Positions 43,242 to 57,134 are shown, numbered from the stretch's first letter. The stretch is DNA of 64,000 bases from Amoebidium appalachense (GCA_963693365.1 CAVNZM010000013.1:1017817-1081816), one strand, 5' to 3'. Made by a program: numbers and translations. Notes: generated by a model from the letters alone, not told the origin.

Positions 43242-43913
43242 GCAGAGTCAACCTTCAACCTAGTAGTACAGACATCACAGTAACCACCACACTCCACGAT
43301 GGGCATCCCACCACCCTTAAATTATTTATCCCCCAACACCACCACAAAATGTCAGTCCAAGACCCTATTCGGACGATAGGTAGATGTTCGATGTCAAACC
43401 CCCTATAGATCAACACAATATATATGCATTGTAGCTAAAAGAAGCCCCCCAATACCTTCATCGTACTTTATCAGTCCGATGGTCAATCTGCCATGTCTTT
43501 TGACGGGCTCGGTCTAGAAAGTACGCATATATAGGTCTCTTAGGTCAATGCCCACAAACTTAAAAGGCAATGGTAATAAGATCCCAGTAAATTTAAAAGG
43601 ACCCCCCCAAAAAAAATCAAAAAAAAAAGAAAAAAAAAAAAGTGAGTGTGCGTAACCGACAGTTCCTCCGCTCAAGCGTGTGTGTGCCATGTGCCACAGC
43701 ATATGGTGTGTGTGCATGCACAAGCACCCATGCATGCATGTGCCGTGCGCGCATGCACGTGGTTTTAAAACTTTGCCAACGTTACGGATGTGCATGTGTT
43801 GTAATTATCACCGTGCGGTAAGACTAGTATCGTATATATCTGCTCAAGACATGTAAATTTCTTTCTTTTCTTTCTTTTTTTTTTCTTGTCACGCACGTCA
43901 TGGAAGTTACCCC

Positions 43914-43951
<38 letters not shown>

Positions 43952-43966
43952 GCGGGGGTTATGAGA

Positions 43967-44140
<174 letters not shown>

Positions 44141-45165
44141 CCCCCCCCCCCCCCCTCCATCCCCCCCCCCCCCCCCCCCCCCCCCTCCCCGCCTCCCCTT
44201 CCCTCGGGGATATGCGGACGCTAACAAGCCATGTGTTGAGCTATGTACGACACACGGATGATCAGCCACTAAACGTGGACCCACCCACCTCAGCAAAAGT
44301 CCCCTCCATTGCTGCTTGCTGCCCCCTCCCCCCCCCCCCCCCCCCCTTCCCCTCCCCCCCTCCCCCTCCCCCTCCCCCCCTCCCCCCTCCCCTTCCCACC
44401 TCCCCTCCCCCTCCCTCCCCCTTCCGCACCACTGTGACCATCAAAATTACGTACCCCTTTATAATCCTTTACGTAGACTACCTATAGCTACTACGGTAGC
44501 GGTATCGATATAATGCACCGATATTCTAAAAGGGAATGTAAAGTTATATTAAAATCAGCGATCCATGTATATCCTGTTTGGTTGAAGCACGCAATAAGTA
44601 GAAGTTGCCCACTCTGTCTTTCGAGACACAAAATGAAATTACTTTGAGGTATAAACGGGGGTTTACACACTTTTTGTAAACCCCAATCTATCTATATACT
44701 GTATATCTCGTCGCCGCATGTGTACAACTCAAAATACTTGTTTTGATTTTTTTTGATTATATCACGTTGTGTTCCCGGAGGAACCCCTCAGGGGCCCTCG
44801 AGATATAGGAACTACCGTCGTCAACACAGCACCGACTTTACTCTAGTGAGGGTTCTAAAAGTGCAATCAGCTAAGCTAACACACATTTACCAATCCCAAC
44901 TATTTTGTACACACGTAGCCCAGGGTTTACTGGGCCCCAGCCTCGCCGGTTAGGGGACAAACGCTAGGCTAACGAGTTAAGTTCATTGGAAACTGTGTAT
45001 CTAGAGGCATCAAAGGAAAAACTCTAGCAAACACAATCTCTAATACGCTTTCTTTTAGGATAACGGGTCAAATCAGACCCAAGAGATTTGCCCTTCACGA
45101 TTGGTGAGATGCGCATTAAACAGGATTTTGGCTTTACCCGAAAGGGCCTATAATTCGGCCTAACC

Positions 45166-45201
<36 letters not shown>

Positions 45202-45659
45202 GACGTTTACTGTCTATTGCGGAGACAGAAGATGCGAACTTTGGCAAAGACACCTGAATTCTCAGCGTATACGAGAAAAACCTGAACCTTAAACTTTCAT
45301 AGATGTTGTACGATTATCTCTGCATCTAACTGCGTGCCGTTACGACTTTTATCTATATTTAAAGGAATTTGCCAAATGGATCAACAACTTTTTTCTTGGC
45401 ATACCAAGACACACGTGCAACACAGTCATAATAACAATATCATCCCCCCCCCCCCCCCCCCTCCCGCCGTCACCCAGACTCCCCCCCCCCCCCCCCCTTA
45501 GAGAACCTCTCTCTCTCTCTCCCCCCCTCCCCCCCTCCCGGCCCTTCCCACCCCCCCCCCCCCCCCCCCCGTGCCTCCTACCCCACCGTGACCCCCCATC
45601 CCCTCTCTCTCGAGAAGCCTCTCCCCTCATCTCCCTTTATTTCCTGACGCCTGCATGCC

Positions 45660-46220
<561 letters not shown>

Positions 46221-46707
46221 GGGCCCTGCATTCCTATCATGCACCCACCACAACCCCCAAATAACGAGTCAGTAAACTCTTGTGCCCCCCCCCCCCCCCC
46301 CTCTCTCCTTCCCCCCCCCCCCCCCCCCCCCCCTCTCTCCCCCCCCTTCTCCCTCCCCCAACGACTCATTGGGTCTATACCTGGTGTGCCCAACCAATAA
46401 TACTATGTACACAATCCACATTTTACTCGATACTAATGCAGCCTGACCCTTCGGATGGTTTTTTCCTCTGAACCAATGTCACTCACTGAAGTAATGTGCT
46501 AATATATCCCCCCCCCCCCCCCCCCCCCCCCCCCCACAAAGCTCTACCCGCTTCCCCCCTCCTCGTGCCCCTCCTGCACCTCCCCACCCCCCCCCTCCCC
46601 CACCCCCCCTTCCTTCCTAGGCTCCACCCCCCCCCACCCCCCCCCCCCAAAAAAAAATAAACTAAAAAAAATAAATAAAATAAAACACGCGCATGCGCGC
46701 GCGCGCG

Positions 46708-46762
<55 letters not shown>

Positions 46763-46803
46763 ACACGCACGCACGCACAAACACACACACACACACACGC
46801 CGT

Positions 46804-46855
<52 letters not shown>

Positions 46856-47475
46856 CGCACAAACACACACACACACACACACACCGTGACACGCGCATGT
46901 GCGCGCACACACACACACACACACACACGTAACAACGTTTGGAAACCCAAACCTACTCAGTCACCCCTATGTCCTCTGCATAGTTAAAGAGACTTGTACT
47001 CTGCTTCTGGGCACTCAATTGACAGAGTGAGGTGTGGAAGAAACATTCTCTATGAGTGGTGACACACACACACAAAAAAAAAAAAAAAGAAGAAGAAGAA
47101 GAAGAAGAAGAAGAAGAAAGAAGACAGAAACACGAGGTTAGGATTTTTTTAAGACCTGGCGTATGCGGCCAGTTCTAATATTGAATAAAAAACAAAATCC
47201 TCAGGCGATCATGAATGTCCCTTAGAAATGATCATGGAAATGGTGTTGCTAGATACCTCCCTAATCATCTCAAAAAGAAAAGAAAGAAAGAAAAAGAAGG
47301 GAAAAAAGAAAAGTTAAGAAGAAATCATTCGTGAGGTTAGCTGTGGGCATGGGTGAGGATGTGGTGGTGGTGGTGGCGGGGAGGGAATGGAGCCCAGAGG
47401 GAAGGGAGAAGGGGGGGGGGGGGGGGGGAGGGGTAGAGGGGGGGAGGGGGGGGGGGGGGGGGGAGGGGCAAAGGG

Positions 47476-47543
47476 GAGAGTGAAGAGAGGAATGTGTGCC
47501 CTAGAAGGCTTAAGGAAAACATGGACACATGGCTAGGGTGGAA

Positions 47544-47574
<31 letters not shown>

Positions 47575-47632
47575 GAGAGTGAAGCGAGGAATGTGTGCAC
47601 TAGAAGGCTGAAGGAAAACATGGAAACATGGA
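47476..47632. repeat. Diverged tandem duplication (~100-bp period) separated by poly-G
   Basis: GAGAGTGAAG.GAGGAATGTGTGC.CTAGAAGGCT.AAGGAAAACATGGA twice. Confidence 0.8.
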
Positions 47633-47693
47633 ACAAAGCTCGGGGGCCTAGGGGGAAGAAGTGGGCTGTGGGAGGTTGGGAACACAAGTCATT

Positions 47694-47737
<44 letters not shown>

Positions 47738-47898
47738 GGGGGAGGTGGGGGAGAGAGAGAGAGAGAAGGGAGATGGGGGGGGGGGGAGGGGAGGGGGATG
47801 TAGCCTGAGTGGTCGGGGATTTTACGTGTGGACCGCTGTGTGTGCGTCTCTCTTTCTCTCTCACTCTCTCTCTCTCCTCACACACACACACACACACA

Positions 47899-47960
<62 letters not shown>

Positions 47961-47962
47961 AC

Positions 47963-48013
<51 letters not shown>

Positions 48014-48119
48014 TTTGTCTGCGCGCAAGGGTATTTAAATGTGTCTGCGATTCAGTGTTGTCTGTGCATGCTAAGTCTTTCTTCTTTACTTTTCTTCTTT
48101 ACTTCGTTTTTTTTTTTTT

Positions 48120-48150
<31 letters not shown>

Positions 48151-48599
48151 GGGGGGGAGGGAGGGGGGGGGGGGAGGGGGGGGGGGAGGGGGGGAGGAAG
48201 GAGGGAGACAGAGGGGGCGGGGGAGGGGGGAGGGGACTAATCACAGGGAGAGACTGTGTGTGTGTGTGCCAGTGGGTGTGGGGGGGGGGGGGGGGGGCAG
48301 CAAAGGGGGGATGGGGAGGGGAGGGGGGGGGGGGGGGGGAGGGGGGGGGGAGTGTAACATAATGTAGGTGGGTTGATAGTCGTGGGGGTTTGAGGAAGGA
48401 AGGGTGTCGACGAGCGGGCGGTGTGCACGCAGGGGGGGGGGGGGGGGGGGGGGGAAAGGGGGGGAATGTGCTCCGTTAGACATAAACGGGTCAGTGAATG
48501 TGTGCCACGAGGAAGCTACGTATGGATCGAGTCAACAACACTGTGGATGCATACAATAGTAGAATGATTTGCGCGAAAGACATGTGTGGCAGATGTACA

Positions 48600-48930
48600 A
48601 TACGTAATGTACGTGTGTGACTAATATATGCGTGATACGTGTGTACATATATGCATACGTGTGTAGTATGATACGTGATATACATTCATGCGTAATATAC
48701 TGTACATCATGCGTAGTATACATACATGTGTAGTATTGAATACGTGATATTCATACACGCGTGATATACATGCACGCGTAGTATACATGCATGTGTGGAA
48801 TGATACGTGATTTACATATATTCGTGATATACATGCATGCGTAGTATACATACATGTGTAGAATGATATGTGATATACCATGATACATGTGTAGTACTAT
48901 GCGGATGATGTGTGATATAAATACATGCTT
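48600..48930. repeat. Degenerate alternating purine/pyrimidine minisatellite; related block at 49371-49445
   Basis: Recurring GTGATATACATGCATGCGTAGTATACATACATGTGTAGTAT-like units. Confidence 0.75.
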
Positions 48931-49089
48931 GATACACACACACACGCGCGCGCGCACACACACACATACACACACCAGCTGATACCGAGTGTCCCAGGGA
49001 ATCCCGTTAAAAAAAAAAAATCAAAAAAAACGAGGAACCCAACTAATTGATTTTCTTCTTAGTCTTTATGGTGCTTCGTAGAGTAAGAA

Positions 49090-49335
49090 AAACCCTGATA
49101 TATAATCATCACCCGATATCTATGTACTTGATCATGATATACCGCTGAGAGGATATTCCCAAAAAAAACCCCATACCTGAGACTGGTCTCTCTTTGCCTC
49201 GAGTAAACAGCGTAAACCCTCTGATATATATAACACCACCCGACTGTCACCTTGATATGATAACGCTGAGGGGACATACCAAGCTAACCCCCCCCATAGT
49301 TGACACTTGACCGTGCCTCGAGTAAACAGCATAAT
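49090..49335. repeat. ~120-bp unit x2, with a dispersed relative at 57480-57548
   Basis: CGCTGAG.GGA.A..CCAA...AACCCC...TGCCTCGAGTAAACAGC occurs twice; CCCCATACCCGAGACTG...TGCCTCGAATAAACAGCATAAACC occurs at ~57500. Confidence 0.7.
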
Positions 49336-49748
49336 AAAACCCCACACATACATGTCACTGAGTATAAAACGGTGTGATATTCATACATGCGTGATATACA
49401 TACATGTGTAGTATGATACATGTGTGATACACATGCGTGATATAGATGTGTTATGCACCTACATGAATAGCATCCAGCTCACGTGAAATGCATGTTTTCT
49501 ATTCAAGTTAATGCATGTGTGTGTGTGCGTGCGTGTGTGTGTGGGGGGGGGGGTTGGAGGGGGGAGGAGGAGGAGGAGGGGAGGGAGGGGGGAGGGCCGG
49601 AGGGGGGGGAGGGGGGAGAAGGGAGGGCACAGGGGGGGGGCAGTTTGTTATTTTATCCCCGTTGGTTGTGCCACAAAGTTTAGCTTCATCTGGACGCGGG
49701 GGGAGGGAGGGAGAAAGGGGGGGTAGGAAGGGGAGATGGGGGGGCCCC

Positions 49749-49785
<37 letters not shown>

Positions 49786-50908
49786 AGGGGGACGCGGGGA
49801 CGGGGGGATCGGGTGCATTCCTTCAATACCATCAATATGTTTAGGATTGGAAGCCACTGATGATGTAGCCGAGTGCATGAAGGTAACTCTTCCCTTTTTT
49901 CGTCCGTCTCCGGCAGATCCAGATCGGGGAGGTTTGGGTAACAGGTGGGTTTCGTTTGTAGGCAGCGGTGATGGTGGTGGTTTGTGTGTGTGGTGGGGGG
50001 GAGGTGGGAGAGAGGGGGGGAGAAGGGGGGAAGGGGGAGAAGACGGGGAGGCAGAGGGGAGGGGATTGGGGCCCCGGGGGGAGGAGGGAGGGGACAAGGG
50101 GGTGGGTTGGGGGGGGAGGGATAGCAGCTATGTAGCTTGAAAAGAGATCGGATTTGGGGCCGTGGACTTCATTTCGTTGGTAGTGTGTTGAAGGTTTGTT
50201 ATTCTTGGGGGAGCGTGGCAATCGGGGGGGTTTTGAATGGGGAAGGTGTGATATTCAAGTGCCTACCATGAAGTACGCAAATGGCATAGCACCATCTTCC
50301 TCGGGGTTTTAAGTTTTTCTTTTGTGAACTCTTCTGATAATCATTCTCGTTGGCTTTCAAGCACACATGAGGGGGGGAAAGCCGTGTTTTGCAGGTAGGT
50401 TGGAAGCACAATAGTGAAAGGATTAGTAGAACGCAACTTTAGCTGTTGGTATTTATTCAGGACTAAACGTTCTTACAATGTCAGCCAGCTGACTATTAGC
50501 CAATAGGAAATTGGCATATGGCATGCGCAAGATTTCGCGTGCCTCTTTATCATATTGCAGTATCGAAATCTGAATACATACACGAGCCGTAGGTTATGTA
50601 GAACAGGTACTCTATATTATTACTCCTTTATATTATTACTCCTACTATTAATCTTTGCATAAGCAAGCATCACTGAATGCTATGGGTAAAGTCCGTAATT
50701 TCTATATGCGTTCAAGGAAGATTTTGAGTTCTAGATCATCAAGACATTATCATGAGTTGCAATCAGCAGACCAAATTGCTGTTCATATATACAGAAATTA
50801 ACAAATTTTCTTACACAAAAAGTAGCCCGAATAACGCCTGTTAAATCCGGGGACTACCCTAATCACATCATTAAGTTACGGCGCTACCTTAGCACCTATT
50901 TAGACTAT

Positions 50909-51754
50909 TTAGCAATTCCTCCAGCTGTTTCCGTGGTTGATTTTCATCGCAATGCCGTGCTCAGCCGCCTGCGAGCACGCGCCGTTACCAGCCTGGTACT
51001 CCACCCCAAACACCGCCTTGTTGGCACTCTTAAAGGAATCATAGTAATAGCACTCGTGAAAGCGTGTGCAGCTCTCATTGATGGCAAAGTCGTAATCCCA
51101 CAAGAGATCATCAATCAAATCGACAGCATTTTTGAACCCGGCCGCCATCCCACGGGAGTGCGCAGCGTCGGCAAGCCACTGCGCGTAGTCAATCTGGTAG
51201 TTTTTGAGGTCCCACTTGTCCATTCCCTTGACACAGCTGTTGCCATAGCAGTCGATGTTGTCGTATTCAATAGCATCGCACCCCTTTCCTGTAGCGATAT
51301 TCAGGCGGTTTCCAATGAAGCCCTTCAACTGCGACCACTTTGTAATGTCGAACCACTTCTCCGAGCTCTTTCCGTGGTACTGGAGACCGAGCAGGTCGCG
51401 GGAAACATCGCCGGCGTCCGGGCGCCAATGCTCGAGCGTGCCAGCGCTGAGGTAGCAGATAACAGCACGGCCCTTCTTCTTATGTGCTTGAATTTCAGAC
51501 TCATCCGTATCAAAAAGATCAACGGAAATAACGTCGGCGGAACGGAGGTCGTCACGTTTGAATTCCCACGCAAGGTTTGCCCACTGCGTGCCTTGCGGGA
51601 ATTGCATCCATGCTTTACGCACGGAGCGCTCGATAACTTGCTCGGTGGCGCCTTCCAAAGGGGTGGTGGATGCTGCCTTCTCCTCGACGGGTGCACATGT
51701 TGCGAGGGAAACGAGGGTGGTGCAGAAGGAAATGCAAGCGATCTTGGCGGCCAT
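50909..51754 (-). CDS. Secreted GH114 endo-alpha-1,4-polygalactosaminidase-like protein (copy A), intronless, 281 aa
   Basis: ATG at 51754, signal-peptide-like MAAKIACISFCTTLVSLATCA; GH114 motifs ICYLSAGTLEHWRPD, GCDAIEYDNIDCY, GFKNAVDLI, DFAINESC, KAVFGVEY. Confidence 0.93.
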   Translation of the reverse strand: MAAKIACISFCTTLVSLATCAPVEEKAASTTPLEGATEQVIERSVRKAWMQFPQGTQWANLAWEFKRDDLRSADVISVDLFDTDESEIQAHKKKGRAVICYLSAGTLEHWRPDAGDVSRDLLGLQYHGKSSEKWFDITKWSQLKGFIGNRLNIATGKGCDAIEYDNIDCYGNSCVKGMDKWDLKNYQIDYAQWLADAAHSRGMAAGFKNAVDLIDDLLWDYDFAINESCTRFHECYYYDSFKSANKAVFGVEYQAGNGACSQAAEHGIAMKINHGNSWRNC

Positions 51755-51952
51755 TTTCCTTTTGTTTTGTATTAGAAAGTTGCAAAGAGGAATAGACGGG
51801 GGGAGGGTTCTAGAATTTGTGAGCAAGAAGCAGGGTCGTCGTTTCCAATGTAGACGAAGGTAAAGACGAAGAGTGTTTGGGGTTGTTTTTCTACACAGAG
51901 AACGGCGACCGCTAGCGCTGCTTGTCTGACCGCATTGTGCATCATTTCGTGA

Positions 51953-51990
51953 TTTATAGCTCTTCAGCCAAGTGGTGAGCGTTGTGATTG
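51953..51990 (-). promoter_or_regulatory. Putative CCAAT box plus TATA box of GH114 copy A
   Basis: Minus strand CCAATCACAACGCTCACC...GCTATAAATC, about 200 bp upstream of the ATG; a similar motif precedes copy B. Confidence 0.45.
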
Positions 51991-52724
51991 GCTGCAGAAG
52001 TTGGTTGGAGAGGAGGGTAAAGGCTTTTCAGCAGCATGCGGTTATATGTGGCTTGCTTGATAGTGATCAATATATAATGCTATCAAGTACATGTAACAGT
52101 ATACGTATCCCATTCCCGCCCGCGGTTTATGCAAAATCCTTTCGAAAGTTGGTCTGAAAACAGAACCTCGCCACCATTAGTGAAATAGTAGTATGCAGAC
52201 TCACCACAAAGTAACGCGGACATGTCTGATTCAACGCATGCTATGAAGTACATGTACAGGACACAACATGAGGTCCTCTATTGTAGCTACAGCATTATAC
52301 TACTATAACAGGCTCAGCGCCCGGGCTTGGGCGAGCTACAGCACCTGCAGAGATACCAGTGCTGGGCCAATGGTGGCGCTGCAAAATTATTGCAATGTCT
52401 GAAGTCGGGCTGTTGCCCTCTGGCATCTGGCAGTTGATACGTCTGGCGCCGGCCCTCTGCCGAGACGTCACGCTTGTAGCATGCGGGGTGCTGCAGCTGC
52501 CTCTGTGATCATGATCGTGTCTGTTAAGGCAGTGATGGATAGGTATGTTGTGTGTTTTCCTGCAGATGATTGATTCTGCACGTCAAAAAACAGATACAAC
52601 AACTTGCTGCTTCTAACACCGTGTGTCTCAGCCAGGAGTCAGCCTACGTGCCGGCGTGCACGTGTGGCGCGCGTGCACGGTACAGGATATACATGCACAT
52701 GCTTACAAAATCTCTCCCTCTCCT

Positions 52725-52795
52725 CCCCCTCCATCTGCCCTAATTCCCCTCCCCCTCCATCTGCCCTAATTCTCCTCCCCCTCCATCTGCCCTAA
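52725..52795. repeat. ~25-bp minisatellite x3
   Basis: CCCCCTCCATCTGCCCTAA three times. Confidence 0.8.
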
Positions 52796-53341
52796 AATTA
52801 TCTCACGGTCTGTTTGTATGCACGTTACTTTGACAAGTTCAACCGGTCCCGTGACGCAGAACATGTACATGTGACCTGCAGCTGCCTGACCGTGACGTCG
52901 ACTTACCGCGCCAAGACTTGATCGGCGAGTGCGAAGTTCAATGCGAACCTCCTGAGTGAATCCTTACTATCCTAATTATTATTAGCACAGGAAATAATTA
53001 TATAATATTCCTAAAAAAAAATTTAAAAAAAAATCTACAAAAACGTCTTGTACACCGGGACTGCATTCAGAAGAGCTCCGGGTTTAAATGCAGATATTCG
53101 GCCCAATTTAGATGTACAATACAGTGTGCATGTACTCCCGGGATGATCATGTATGTACATGTCACGGGAGTTCGCGCTCGAGCTCGAGCAGCGGCGAGTG
53201 TTTTTACAATGTTTGGCAACACTATTATTTATACTAGTTTTCTTAAACTGCTTTTGCCCTTTATTTCTTGAAAAATAGCTATAACAGTATTGGTTAGATT
53301 CGTTTACCGTATGGCATGGGAAGGAGGGGGGGGGTGGTGGT

Positions 53342-53405
<64 letters not shown>
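53342..53405. repeat. Longest pure poly-G run seen (~64 nt)
   Basis: Directly visible; the exact length is unreliable in a long-read consensus. Confidence 0.9.
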
Positions 53406-55196
53406 CGGCCCCTGCGCACGGTATGCCACCGCCCTTGTCAACTGCCACATATTTCAGTGATCAGGGCTGCCACCATGGCATATACGGTAGTGACCAAGTT
53501 GCAACTTTGGATTGCTTGTGATAAATTTAGCTAAGAAATTTATCACACGTGCACACTTGGTCGACAATAAACATTGCTCTGACATATATTAACATTAACT
53601 AAAGCCCTCTTATAGCCGATATCTGCTCCTGCCTCATGCTTTATTCGACTTTGGTCAGTCTTATTGTATGTAAGGCTTACCATCTTATGATCAAGGCAGA
53701 TCAAGGATTTGTGGCTGGGCCCCTACAATAAAGTTACAACCTATTGTAGCCTGTGTCTCATGAACCGGCCGCCGTCGCCACGTGGCCATGACTAGCGCCA
53801 CGTCATATACCACCTTGTTATGTGGCAAGAAAATATTCACACGGCGCAAATCGATTGGTCAAATGTTTCTCTGGCGGAAAAAAACGCCGCCAAAGTCAAA
53901 TTTGCATGCGTTTCAATTCGCGGAGAATCAGGTCATAGAAGGCACCAATGAGTCAGTGCGGGCGATCCCGGGCCGGCTACAACTCTGCTGATTGGTAGCC
54001 CCGATGCCAGGGAAAAGAGCTCTGGTTATACTATTGGCCAAAATGACTGGTCAAATACACAAATGATACACACACAATAAAACTTGCTGCTCGCATGGTT
54101 TCCATTTTCCCACCACGTGGCGCTTGCGTTGCCTGTCTTTCGCATGCTTTTTGCATTATTAACCAGGGAATTTGATTGCCGTTAGAAAATTACTTGTAAA
54201 TCAGATTTTTGATAGCAGCATTGGATTGAAAATTCTACAGCCCTTTATTATGTCAATCTCGAGTCACTATTCATTCATTATCCCTGGCCAATGTGGTGCA
54301 GAATGATTGGCTGCTCACAATTACTAAGGAAAGGCTAAATTGCCACGCCCATCCTCACCAATCACAAAGCTCATATGTACAAGCTTGAGATAGAGCATGC
54401 CAGTTGCCGTCATGCCAGTTGCCGAAAACCGAAAAGGTGGTTTGTCAGATACAAAAGCCGTAACTTATTATAAATCAAGCTATATATATATAGAGTATGT
54501 TTCCTGTACTTCAATAAAGCAAAAGGCTCTGCCGAAGGTCTACGACAGCTCACAGGCAATAACATGTGAGCCAAAGAAAGTCACTGAGCCAGTCCGATCA
54601 CGGATGCCGGAGGCTCGAGGGTTTGACCAATAGCAAGCGCTTTATACTTGTCTATCCAATCGCTTTTGATCAGGGGCGGATCGGAATTTCATGCTGGCCA
54701 CGTTGTGAGCGCGTTACTTCCGCCGTGGCTCCATAGGCCATTACGGGAATAGTAATGCCACAAATTTCGTGTTGTGTGTGCATTGAAATAAACTTATGTT
54801 CTAAAATGTCAAGGGTAAATATGATCTATAGGACAGAATTTGATATGTATATTATACATTTCCCATATAATAACAGCAGTACTACTGTAGTCCCCGTCGA
54901 ATTCCTCGACTATTTGCTCTGCGATATTCTGTGGAAAGTGGCAAAAGAGGGCAAATTCCGTTCCCTCAATTTTTGTCTCCCCATTCTAAACTGTTAAGCA
55001 TTCTTCCAACTTTTTAATTTTCAGAACAGAGACGCCAGATATTTTTTATATAATGATAATAATGTTTAGAATCGATTGTTAGTAGAACAGTATTAATATT
55101 TCCGGGGCTTCCGCACACATTTTATCTGACATGCCCCCTTATCGCTTTCACGTAAACAAACCATATATTTACCCCTCTCTGCTATGGACAACCGCA

Positions 55197-55278
55197 CCAA
55201 TCACAGCAGCGCTAACCCATCCTTGCCCGGGCGAGGCCGATAGAGCCCAGTGGCCCACATGCGCGAATGCATAAAAGG
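55197..55278 (+). promoter_or_regulatory. Putative CCAAT box plus TATA-like element of GH114 copy B
   Basis: CCAATCACAGCAGCGCTAACC at 55197 and CATAAAA at ~55270, 140-220 bp upstream of the ATG at 55415. Confidence 0.4.
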
Positions 55279-55414
55279 GCCAAACGCAATACATTCCTTA
55301 CCACCGGTTCAACACACCTTCTCTCCCTTTCCAACCTTCCCTTTCTCCGGTGTTCGCTAGCTCAACTGATATTTTTTCTCCTTTCCCCTTCACATTTTCC
55401 GGAAAACTATCATC

Positions 55415-56265
55415 ATGGCGTCTCGTGTCCTCTCCGTTGTTGTGGCTGCATCAATCGCCACCACCGCCCTTTCAGCTTCCCCCTCCCCGTCGAGGACTCT
55501 CAAGTAGTCGACACCACCACCAACGAAAACGCGGAAGCGGTCGTTTCCGTCGAGCGCCGCTCGGGATGGACCAAGTTCCCCCAAGGCACCAAGTGGTCAA
55601 ACCTTGCGTGGGAGTTCAAGAGCGACAACGTGCGTTCTGCTGACGTCGTCGATGTTGACGCCTTTGACGCAGACGAGTCTGAAATTTCCGGACACAAGCG
55701 CAAGGGGCGTGCAGTGATTTGCTACATGAGCGCAGGCACGCTCGAACGCTGGCGCCCGGACGCAGACGACGCACCGAGCAGCGCCCTCGCCAACAAGTAC
55801 CACGGAAAGGGTGCCGAGACTTGGTTCGATATCAAGGAGTGGCAGAAACTCAAGCCCTTCATTAACAACCGTCTTTCAATGGCTGCTGACAAGGGCTGCG
55901 ATGCCATTGAGTTCGATAACATTGACTGCTACTCCAACGACTGCACGAGCGGCGGCCGCAGCGCCCTCCGGAACGACCAGGTGGATTTCGCTCGGTGGTT
56001 GGCCGACGCAGCACACAGCAGGGGCATGGCTGCTGGTTTCAAGAACGCGGTGGACTTGATTAGCCAGCTCGTTAGCAAGTTCGACTTTGCTATCAATGAG
56101 AGCTGCACTCGGTTCAACGAGTGCCGCTACTACAGCGCGTTTAAGAGCGCTGATAAGGCAGTGTTTGGCGTGGAGTACTCTGCTAAGGGTGAGGCGTGCA
56201 GTCAGGCAGACAAGTACGGTATCTCCATGAAGGTTGCCAACGGTGGGTCATGGAAGACTTGCTAA
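55415..56265 (+). CDS. Secreted GH114 endo-alpha-1,4-polygalactosaminidase-like protein (copy B), intronless, apparent 1-nt frameshift after the signal peptide
   Basis: ATG at 55415 (MASRVLSVVVAASIATTALSAS). Adding one C to the C5 run at 55479-55483 joins it to PLPVEDSQ...WTKFPQGTKW. Same GH114 motifs as copy A (ICYMSAGTLERWRPD, GCDAIEFDNIDCY, DFAINESC, KAVFGVEY). Confidence 0.9.
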
Positions 56266-57073
56266 ATTTTATGTTTATAACAGTAATCTTTAAACTGTTT
56301 ATTGTTATTGGTATTACGAGTGATGAGTGAAAGCACTACGAAAGTGAAAGTAGGTTGTGAATCCGACAGTTTCTCATCATTTTGCACAGATTTATCATGT
56401 ATGTATGTATATATATAATACGAATAACGAACGATTCCGAATGGCACTCGGTTCCTAGTCGTAACCACATATGAATTGGGCTGGCCCCCACTCTAGAATT
56501 AATATAACTCTACAGGCGTAGTGAAACACCACATTATCCTAGAGAAACAAGGTCGCTGGGCGATCCCACTAATAATACAAAGAGGTGACGCGCTGGTAGC
56601 GTGGCACCACCATACCCGAAAAGCTCTTGCAGTGACTCTTCCCTTTCCCTTTCTGCTTTATCATCGCAGAGCCTCTGGATACATTCTCTCAGTCATTACA
56701 TGCAACATTTTTCGTTGGGGTTCTACTACGGGTGAGTTTGCATGACATCTAATGCAATGCCAATATTAGCTTGCAACACTACCCTAATCTCATTATCCCC
56801 CCCCCCCCCCCCCCCCCCAAAAACACTTATTATGTTCCCTGGTCAGAGGCTTGAGCCCATTTTAGGGTGTGGCTAATATAATTGCTGTGGTCGTGGTGTG
56901 TGTACTTCTGGCAACGCGTACATGTGCATGCCTGTAAGCCGTGGGGGTGAATGAAATTCGAATGGGGCTGCATCTGGGTTTGTGTTGTGTGTGCATATAA
57001 CGTGGTAACCGTTGGTGTGGTGATTGTTACGGTGATGGAGACTGGGTTCGGGTTCGAGTTCGGTGGGGTGGGG

Positions 57074-57134
<61 letters not shown>

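Noticed and set aside
50933-51775. 280-aa plus-strand ORF; likewise the plus-strand ORFs at 23718-24755
   Set aside because: Antisense shadows of the GH114 and aminotransferase coding sequences caused by codon bias.
52300-52340. GC hairpin resembling a second Helitron 3' end on the minus strand
   Set aside because: No CTAG/CTRR terminus at the expected distance and no associated coding remnant.
55267-55414. ORF-track N-terminus MHKRAKRN... of GH114-B
   Set aside because: Not signal-like and overlaps the putative promoter/UTR; the ATG at 55415 with a 1-nt correction matches paralogue A.
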